Shown here piece by piece: positions 26,081 to 32,000 of a stretch of 32,000 nucleotides of DNA. Numbering within the stretch: position 1 is the stretch's first letter; each line of letters opens with the position of its first letter. Both the position numbers and the translations under genes were made by a program. Under the pieces are notes generated by a model. It did not search any database. It was not told the origin of the DNA and saw only the letters and a list, made by a program, of their open reading frames with translations. Source of the stretch: Pyrobaculum calidifontis JCM 11548 (lineage in GTDB: Archaea; Thermoproteota; Thermoprotei; Thermoproteales; Thermoproteaceae); the NCBI RefSeq assembly GCF_000015805.1, contig NC_009073.1, forward strand, positions 540,001-572,000. The letters run 5' to 3'.

Positions 26081-26328
26081 ATATAGCAGAAATCATAGTG
26101 TGTATAACTTTATTTTCAATAGCTATTATCTTACTTTTATATATAGGTCAAATAACAGTTTCACTGCTTTCTGAAAAGTATGTATTTGAGGCAACGAGAC
26201 ACGCCAACTGCTTTACGAATTCCACGGAGGGAAACATCGTTGTCGCCTCCTGTATACGGGTGATTTACAACGGCACATTTATAGTAGCGGTGTATAACAT
26301 CACTAGAGCCTATCCATACGCCTCGTAG
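26077..26328 (+). CDS. Small membrane-anchored protein with predicted extracellular glycosylated domain (83 aa)
   Basis: N-terminal TM helix IIVCITLFSIAIILLLYIG. The following domain has two Cys and three N-x-S/T sequons (NST, NGT, NIT). Confidence 0.5.
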   Translation: MNIAEIIVCITLFSIAIILLLYIGQITVSLLSEKYVFEATRHANCFTNSTEGNIVVASCIRVIYNGTFIVAVYNITRAYPYAS

Positions 26329-26588
26329 ATTAATTCGCCTTCGTCGTTGAGCCGCTTCCTAATCTTCTTCTCAGACACAAGCTTTTCCACAGCCCTTATA
26401 AACTCCGCAGTGGTGACCCCCCTAGACTTGGCCCATTGGAGCGCCTCAGTTTTAGTGACGCTACCCCTTGACTTTACGAAGAGTAAAAACTCCTCGGAGA
26501 AGTCTCTAGCCTCGGCCCTCTCCCTCTTCTTATCTTCAACGAAGTCAAACAACGTGGGCCCTCTCCTCTCCTCTTTTCTTTTCTTCAT
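26310..26588 (-). CDS. Small basic winged-helix-like protein with N-terminal PIP-box-like motif
   Basis: 92 aa, MKKRKEERRGPTLFDFV... followed by a helix-turn-helix/wing-like core (VTKTEALQWAKSRGVTTAEFIRAVEKLVSEKKI). No family recognised. Confidence 0.5.
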   Translation of the reverse strand: MKKRKEERRGPTLFDFVEDKKRERAEARDFSEEFLLFVKSRGSVTKTEALQWAKSRGVTTAEFIRAVEKLVSEKKIRKRLNDEGELIYEAYG

Positions 26589-26593
26589 CTAAG

Positions 26594-27256
26594 CTAAGGC
26601 ACAAAGGAGGTATATATCTTCTCAATTACACATTTCACATCGACTTTGTACAAGCCGCTCGGCCCAAGTTTTCCACATTCCTTGAACAAGACTCTGTCCA
26701 GCGAGGTGTAGTAGTCTGCGCCTACTTTGACGGCAGAGCTTGTAAAGTATTGTAGAACTGCACGCTCCACTGGGTCTCCCACATAGGTGTAGACGCTGCT
26801 CATCTTTCTAACCGCCTCAAGGTCTTGGGCAATTTGGAGAAGAGTTCTAAACGCCACTTTGTTCAGCCAAGCAGTAGGCGAAATAACGGCGATTCTCCTA
26901 TTCACTTCCGCGTATATGTGAGAAAATTCGCCAACGCCATCTTTTACCACGTCTATAAGTAGTCTATACTGCGGCACTCTTTGGTAGAGCAAGGCGTGGT
27001 ACACCGCTACGCCTATAGATTCCCTAATGGAGACAAGGAGCTTTCCCACCTCAGTCAACTCAACTACATCGCCAGAAGCAACTACGCCAACTCTCTCAAG
27101 AAATCTTGTGATATCTCCCCGCCCTCTCCCAATATCCAGCCCGGCGCTCTTCAGCTGATGAGGCGACGGCCTGTACTTAGCCACATACGCGATGTACTCA
27201 TCTATCTTCTTGAGTCTAATGGGCGGAAAAGTTATCGATCTCTGTACAGTAGCCAC
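26594..27256 (-). CDS. Hypothetical protein (220 aa) with probable N-terminal winged helix
   Basis: DITRFLERVGVVASGDVVELTEVGKLL looks like a recognition helix plus wing. The rest is helical and unassigned. It lies 5 nt upstream of the 92-aa gene on the same strand. Confidence 0.5.
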   Translation of the reverse strand: MATVQRSITFPPIRLKKIDEYIAYVAKYRPSPHQLKSAGLDIGRGRGDITRFLERVGVVASGDVVELTEVGKLLVSIRESIGVAVYHALLYQRVPQYRLLIDVVKDGVGEFSHIYAEVNRRIAVISPTAWLNKVAFRTLLQIAQDLEAVRKMSSVYTYVGDPVERAVLQYFTSSAVKVGADYYTSLDRVLFKECGKLGPSGLYKVDVKCVIEKIYTSFVP

Positions 27257-27372
27257 GATAGAGGATCTGCCTCATTAAAAAAGAGGGCGCATCACTACCA
27301 ATACCACCGATGTAATACAACGCCAGTTGTCAAAGCGTTAAAAATTTAAATATAATACGTGATACAGCATGT

Positions 27373-27954
27373 ATGGAGTTAAAAGAGGCTATTCTGCAAC
27401 TGTTGCGCGAGAAGGGTGAATTGACCACATCTGACATTGTAGCAATCCTCGGCCAGCCGAGACACCGCGTTCTAAAGATATTGAACAAGCTGTACTTCGA
27501 GGGGACAGTAGAGCCCGTCAAGAAAAATAGGAAGTACTACTGGCGCCTTGCCTCAGGCTATGTGGCAGTTGCGCCGTTGCACTTCTCCATAGAGCCTGTG
27601 TTATACATAGAAGGAGTAGTAGAGCCCATATATAGAAGAGTAGATGACAGAGTTGACACATTCATATTCACAAGGGTAAGAGATAAGGAGTACTGGATGT
27701 GTGACTGCTCCACTGGGTACTACATAATTTCTGACCAGCCAATAGATGGGTGCAGCTGCAAGCTTAGACACGCATTCGGCGAGAGGAAACTGGCAATGAT
27801 ATACCTACCCAAGGAGCTGAGATTCAGATACTGGAGATCGTACAGATACGCCGAGGGAGACGTGGAGTTCGTAATACTGGTGCCCGAGGACCAAGACTCG
27901 CCCGAGCTCGTGAAAAAGTTTGAGAGCTACTCAAAGGAGGTTAAAACCAGTTAG
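27373..27954 (+). CDS. wHTH protein with C-terminal Cys/His (SWIM-like) cluster
   Basis: The N-terminus ILQLLREKGELTTSDIVAILGQPRHRVLKILNKLYFEGTVE is MarR/ArsR-like wHTH. The C-terminal domain contains WMCDC-(14)-CSCKLRH. Confidence 0.55.
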   Translation: MELKEAILQLLREKGELTTSDIVAILGQPRHRVLKILNKLYFEGTVEPVKKNRKYYWRLASGYVAVAPLHFSIEPVLYIEGVVEPIYRRVDDRVDTFIFTRVRDKEYWMCDCSTGYYIISDQPIDGCSCKLRHAFGERKLAMIYLPKELRFRYWRSYRYAEGDVEFVILVPEDQDSPELVKKFESYSKEVKTS

Positions 27955-29884
27955 ACAGCGTCGGCTTCTTTAACAGCGCGGCCAACTCCTTCTCAAGAAC
28001 TCTCCTACACACTGCCTCCTCTATAAAGTCGTCGAAGTGTCTAGCCTCAGACAACGCCTCCTCTATCGTTCCCCGCGTGACTATTTCGTAGACCCTCGCC
28101 ACCTTCTTCCCCGGCGACGCCCTAACCACTCTGCCCACCCGCTGGATCATCTGACGCCTAGATCCAGTGCCGCTGACCACGACTGCCACATCTGCGTCTG
28201 GCACATCCACCCCCTCGTCTAGGACTGTGGTTGTTACAACCACCCGACTCTTCCCAGCGCTAAACCTTCTTAAGGCAACTTCGCGCCCCCCCTCTTCCGA
28301 GGTAATTAACTCGGCCTGTATACCCGCCTCTCTGAGCCTCTTGTACAACTCCTCGGCTTGGTCAATGAACTGCGTAAAGACTAAGACCTTTGAGCCAAGT
28401 GCAACTTCCCTAGACACAATCTGTAGGACGACTGGGATCTTCGCCTTGCTTTTGGCGGCGACGTTGCGCAACAAAATTGCATTGTCAGGAGGTAACGAGG
28501 CGTAGGCGCGCGCCTCTTCTTCGTCCATTTTCACATAAACGCGGTAGTGTTCTACTGGAACCACTAGCCCAGACTCAATCATAGATCGATACGACGCCCT
28601 ATAAACAGGCGGCCCAACCGCCTCAAATATCAAGTGCTCGTTTTCATCCTCCCTCTCTGGTGTCGCGGAGAGGGCGAGTCTAAACGGAGAATCTATGTTA
28701 AGCGCAACCTCTTTAAACGTCTCTGCGGGCACGTGATGCGCCTCATCGAATACGACTAGGCCAAAGCGGCCCACTAACTCGTCCACGTACTTTACAGCCG
28801 AGTTGTAGATCGCCACAGTGACATCTCTTACGTTCCTCTCTCCGCCGCCCAACATGCCCGGCTGTACGCCGAGGAACTTTCTAATACGCTCAACCCACTG
28901 CAACGCCAGCTCTCTAGTGACAACTAGAACTAGGGCCGACACTCCAGCCCTGTACATGGCCTCCAATGCCACAAATGTCTTGCCCCCTCCAGTTGGTATA
29001 ATCACGGTGCCCCTCATGCCGTGGGCAACCCAGTTTTCCACAGCTTCGGCCTGAAACGGGAATAGTGAAAACTCCCTCTTGTAGCTCACCTTTGGGTATT
29101 CCACCTCAGCCAGTTGGGCTACGTAGCCCAACTCCCTTAGGATTTTTACAACCCTATCTCTCACGAAGACAGGGAACTTAAGTAAATACGTGTCGCCCTT
29201 CTCCACTTTGACGAGCTTCAAGTCTCTTTCTTCTAACTCGCCGTCTTTCTTAACCACGTTGTATTTCAGCTTAAGCTCTGCCAGCCTCTTCAAGAGGCCA
29301 GAGGCCAAGAAATTCAACTTAGCGTAGTTAGGCCCCACCACGGCAACTCGCCAACTCCTCCGCCTGTTAAACGCCTCTCTAAGCCTATCAGACGCAAGAA
29401 CAATTTCCCTCGCGTTTTTAACAGCCTCGTCCAAGTTCCCCCACACTTGTGCCCCCTTGAGCAACTCCAGAAGCCTCTTGACGCCCAAGTCCACAAACTC
29501 CTCAAAACTCTCCACTTGGGAAATCTCCCGGCTCTCCATTACAAAACTCCTCAAAAACCCCGAAAGCGAAACTACATGGACGTCGCCGTCTGACGCTACG
29601 ACGTGCCGCCTTAGATCCTCCGGAAGAGGGCCAGAAATAGCCACAGCGCCGCCAGACACGTCAAATGAGAATGCGGAGAGAAGAGAGAGGTACTCTTCAC
29701 CGGTTAAATTCAGCAACCGCCTCACCTCACTCAACACAGCGAGGTTCCGAGTCTTAGTAGACCAACAAGAGCCATCCCACTTAAAGCCAAGCCGCTTCAG
29801 CTCCTCTTTTACTTTAACTATTTTGTCCCACTGCCACTCTCTATACACTGCAACGCCGTTTATGACAACGCAGAAACGCGGCAC
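27941..29884 (-). CDS. XPB/Rad25-like superfamily 2 DNA helicase with extended N-terminal region
   Basis: FPFQAEAV (Q/Ia), PTGGGKT (I), VFDEAHHV (II, DEAH), LSATPEREDE (III plus an XPB-type RED motif), TTTVLDEGVDVP (V), QRVGRVVR (VI). About 270 aa precede motif I. The C-terminus is KKPTLSNWF. Confidence 0.8.
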   Translation of the reverse strand: MPRFCVVINGVAVYREWQWDKIVKVKEELKRLGFKWDGSCWSTKTRNLAVLSEVRRLLNLTGEEYLSLLSAFSFDVSGGAVAISGPLPEDLRRHVVASDGDVHVVSLSGFLRSFVMESREISQVESFEEFVDLGVKRLLELLKGAQVWGNLDEAVKNAREIVLASDRLREAFNRRRSWRVAVVGPNYAKLNFLASGLLKRLAELKLKYNVVKKDGELEERDLKLVKVEKGDTYLLKFPVFVRDRVVKILRELGYVAQLAEVEYPKVSYKREFSLFPFQAEAVENWVAHGMRGTVIIPTGGGKTFVALEAMYRAGVSALVLVVTRELALQWVERIRKFLGVQPGMLGGGERNVRDVTVAIYNSAVKYVDELVGRFGLVVFDEAHHVPAETFKEVALNIDSPFRLALSATPEREDENEHLIFEAVGPPVYRASYRSMIESGLVVPVEHYRVYVKMDEEEARAYASLPPDNAILLRNVAAKSKAKIPVVLQIVSREVALGSKVLVFTQFIDQAEELYKRLREAGIQAELITSEEGGREVALRRFSAGKSRVVVTTTVLDEGVDVPDADVAVVVSGTGSRRQMIQRVGRVVRASPGKKVARVYEIVTRGTIEEALSEARHFDDFIEEAVCRRVLEKELAALLKKPTLSNWF

Positions 29885-29943
29885 AAAATAACTGAGAACC
29901 GCATTTATAAGCTAGGTTTATATAGTAGGGCAACCATGCGAGA

Positions 29944-30843
29944 GTGTTAAACGACTATCTGCAGTGGGAGAAGTTTATACTCCGCGGCGTAGAATTCCCA
30001 ACGAGATATCGAGTAGACGGAGACGAAGTAGAAATAACGCCGAGTAGCCGCCTCTATGTCAGCGGAATGGGCGGCTCCGGCGTAGTGGGAGACTTGATAC
30101 GCGATTTTTCAATAGTATGGAACTGGGACGTCGAAGTGACAGTGGTCAAGGACTACTTCCTCAGAGCCAGGGACGGCCTCCTAATAGCTGTCTCATACTC
30201 GGGAAACACCGTGGAAACCCTCTACTCCGTTGAGTACGCAAAGAAGAGGAGAATCCCAACCGTTGCCATCACCACCGGCGGAAAGCTGGCGCAGATGGGC
30301 GTCCCCACTATAATTATACCAAAGGCCAGCGCCCCCCGCGCCGCGTTGCCACAGATGTTAACAGCGGCGCTACACGTCGTAAGAAAGGTGTATGGCATTC
30401 CCATTGAAATACCAGAGGCATTAGAGCCGCCGAACGACCCACTGATACACAAGCTAATGGAGGACTTTCAGAAGAGACCCACTATAGTTGCCCCAGAGAC
30501 TATGCGAGGCGTGGCCTACAGAGTGAAAAACGAGTTTAACGAAAATGCGAAAATTGAGCCATCTGTAGAAATTCTCCCAGAGGCCCACCACAACTGGATA
30601 GAGGGCTCAGAGCGGCCCATAGTAGCGCTCACAAGCCCCCACATACCGAGAGAACACCAAGAGCGAGTAAAGGCGACCTTAGAAATACTTGGAGGCACCC
30701 TCTATGTAGTTGAAATGAGCACAAGAGGAGTGCTCACATTCCTCAGAGAAGTTGGGGTAGCCTCCATCAAGCTGGCAGAGAGCAGAGGAGTGAACCCGCT
30801 CGCTACCCCAAGAATAGAGGCGTTAAAACGGCGCCTCCAATGA
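29944..30843 (+). CDS. Bifunctional phosphoglucose/phosphomannose isomerase (crenarchaeal PGI/PMI)
   Basis: SGMGGSGVVGDL, VSYSGNTVETL, RVKNEFNENAKIEPSVEILPEAHHNWIEG. From memory it is near-collinear with the characterised P. aerophilum PGI/PMI. GTG start. Confidence 0.9.
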   Translation: MLNDYLQWEKFILRGVEFPTRYRVDGDEVEITPSSRLYVSGMGGSGVVGDLIRDFSIVWNWDVEVTVVKDYFLRARDGLLIAVSYSGNTVETLYSVEYAKKRRIPTVAITTGGKLAQMGVPTIIIPKASAPRAALPQMLTAALHVVRKVYGIPIEIPEALEPPNDPLIHKLMEDFQKRPTIVAPETMRGVAYRVKNEFNENAKIEPSVEILPEAHHNWIEGSERPIVALTSPHIPREHQERVKATLEILGGTLYVVEMSTRGVLTFLREVGVASIKLAESRGVNPLATPRIEALKRRLQ

Positions 30844-31448
30844 TACAAGAGTTAGCTGCCGCGTCTCTCGCCGCGCTCTTGTCCATAGCGGCGTGGCAAG
30901 ACTTGAAGACTAGGGAAGTAGACGTCTGGCTTTTTGCGGCCATGGCAGTTCCAGCGGCTTTTTTGGCGTGGGCGAACTGGGGGAATCCATTCTACTACGT
31001 CTCTCTGGCGGCTGGGATACTCCTGGCCTTGTTTATGAGGGCGCTGGGCACCGGCTACGCGGACTCCCTCGCCCTAGCCGCCGTCTCCACGGCGCCGCTG
31101 CCGTTGCCCTTTCTCCCAACAGCCTTTGTGGTCGTAATAGCCAGCGCGGTGCTCCTCCCCGCAACGGCCCTGTGGCTCTACTACAAGAATAGGGGCAAGC
31201 CGTGCAAGATGTCGCTCGTCGAGAGGCTGACGCACGTGTGTATCTCAGGGGCAGAGTACAAGGAGGCATTGGCAAGAGGCACCGCCTTTAAATACATCGT
31301 GGGCGAAGAAAGTGACATGGAGCGCTACAAGCCGCCGGAGCCCCCACGGGAGGAGTGGATAAAGGCCAAGTACGGAATCCCCTACCTCGTCTATCTAGCC
31401 GCTGGGTATTGGGCATACCTTTTGTGGAATTTTGTACTTCTCCGCTAA
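30840..31448 (+). CDS. A24-family (prepilin/preflagellin peptidase-like) membrane protein
   Basis: The first Asp motif is [14 protein letters not shown] and the second Asp is in [11 protein letters not shown], set in a polytopic membrane protein. ATGA-coupled to the PGI/PMI stop. Confidence 0.5.
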   Translation: MIQELAAASLAALLSIAAWQDLKTREVDVWLFAAMAVPAAFLAWANWGNPFYYVSLAAGILLALFMRALGTGYADSLALAAVSTAPLPLPFLPTAFVVVIASAVLLPATALWLYYKNRGKPCKMSLVERLTHVCISGAEYKEALARGTAFKYIVGEESDMERYKPPEPPREEWIKAKYGIPYLVYLAAGYWAYLLWNFVLLR

Positions 31449-32000
31449 GAGGAAAAAGCTCTATCGCCTGCGTCGCCGAGGCCAGGGACTATGAACGCCC
31501 TGTCGTTAAGCGCTGGGTCTATTGCAACGGTGTAAATTTCAGCATGCGGATATTTCGAAAGCACGTTGTCTACGCCTATGGGAGTGGCTATGACCGACGC
31601 CACTATTAGCCGTTGCGGATTCCCAGCCTTGTACACCTCCTCTATTGCCTTTATCATCGTACCCCCCGTCGCCAACATTGGGTCCGCCACTATGACCACG
31701 TCCCCCTCTATCTGGGGTACCTTGGAGTAGAACACCTCCACAGATATTGCGCCGCCCTCCTCTCTCCGCCTTGCGGCAACTACGCCGAGACGCGCCTGTG
31801 GAAAAGCCTTTAGAAGCCCCTCTACGAAGGGCATCGCCGCCCTAAGAATTTGGACAATGACGACTTTGTCCAAGCCCACTATTTCAACGCCGGTTGCTTT
31901 GCCGAGCGGCGTCTCTACTTCCACCTGCCGCGTTGGAAAAGTCTTAACCAGCTCGTACCCCACTATTCTGCCAAGTCTAACAAGGCCTTTACGAAACTCT
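31445..32000 (-). CDS. upp: Uracil phosphoribosyltransferase (N-terminus beyond window end)
   Basis: The PRPP loop is [14 protein letters not shown] and the C-terminus is [14 protein letters not shown]. The frame stays open to nt 32000 (..[16 protein letters not shown]..). Confidence 0.85.
   Translation of the reverse strand, partial: EFRKGLVRLGRIVGYELVKTFPTRQVEVETPLGKATGVEIVGLDKVVIVQILRAAMPFVEGLLKAFPQARLGVVAARRREEGGAISVEVFYSKVPQIEGDVVIVADPMLATGGTMIKAIEEVYKAGNPQRLIVASVIATPIGVDNVLSKYPHAEIYTVAIDPALNDRAFIVPGLGDAGDRAFSS

Noticed and set aside
27257-27372. A possible C/D box sRNA in the divergent promoter region between the 220-aa and 193-aa genes (GTGATGC on the minus strand).
   Set aside because: No D' or D box occurs at 12-nt spacing. 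The AT-rich elements are better explained as the two TATA boxes, about 22-26 nt from each start.
27373-27954. Whether the 193-aa neighbour of the helicase is a truncated Bax1 nuclease, the usual XPB partner.
   Set aside because: It is far shorter than Bax1 as I recall it, starts with a wHTH, and has no D...(D/E)xK pattern that I could find.
28142-28167. A 7-bp perfect inverted repeat (CTGGATC-12 nt-GATCCAG) inside the helicase gene.
   Set aside because: It lies within the conserved motif VI coding region (..GSRRQMIQ..). It is most simply a coincidence of codon choice, with no flanking regulatory context.
25754-29943. The idea that the block from the small membrane ORFs through the helicase is an integrated virus, plasmid or mobile element.
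   Set aside because: I recognise no integrase, transposase or replication initiator. No tRNA gene sits at either border, and I found no direct repeats between the two flanking intergenic regions. Only 25.8-26.3 kb is compositionally deviant. I keep the block as an uncharacterised locus, not as a mobile element call.
1-32000. CRISPR arrays, tandem repeats, tRNA and rRNA genes, inteins and split genes.
   Set aside because: I noticed no regularly spaced direct repeats. No intergenic gap is long enough for a tRNA or rRNA except 19774-19978 and 22678-22819, which are better explained by C/D sRNA patterns. RFC-S, IleRS and the helicase are collinear with no intein-like insertions. This was a visual scan, not an exhaustive computation.

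Overview
This is a gene-dense, almost fully coding chromosomal segment from a hyperthermophilic crenarchaeon. It is most likely Pyrobaculum/Thermoproteus-like. I infer this from memory of a bifunctional PGI/PMI that closely resembles the P. aerophilum enzyme, plus TFB, RFC small subunit, L13e, archease, Trm1, and pervasive leaderless genes with a TATA box about 22-28 nt upstream of the start. Most of the window is housekeeping: PheRS beta, IleRS, isocitrate dehydrogenase, RFC-S, TFB, L13e, Trm1, PGI/PMI and UPRTase. Genes are packed tightly, with many ATGA stop/start overlaps and overlapping convergent 3' ends. I saw no rRNA, tRNA, CRISPR array, transposase or integrase. The parts that housekeeping does not explain are: (1) at 26.3-29.9 kb, an XPB/Rad25-like SF2 helicase with a long unassigned N-terminal region, next to three uncharacterised winged-helix-type proteins. 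One of these has a SWIM-like Cys/His cluster. The helicase C-terminus and the N-terminus of the 92-aa protein both carry PTLxx-aromatic-hydrophobic motifs that resemble PCNA-interaction (PIP) boxes. This is my best candidate for an undescribed module. (2) At 25.8-26.3 kb, an AT-rich trio of tiny translationally coupled membrane-protein ORFs, two of them below the 60-aa ORF-track cutoff. (3) At 3.4-5.0 kb, a divergent RecB/Cas4-like PD-(D/E)XK nuclease and C5 cytosine methyltransferase pair around a palindromic TATA box, a restriction-modification-like arrangement. (4) Three candidate C/D box sRNAs with 12-13-nt guide spacing. One shares a palindromic TATA with a regulator gene. The other two form a back-to-back divergent pair upstream of a glycosyltransferase gene, and one of them overlaps the IleRS 3' end. 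(5) At 12.1-13.0 kb, an AT-rich block of orphan small and membrane proteins between TFB and L13e. All functional names rest on motif recognition from memory; no database search was possible.
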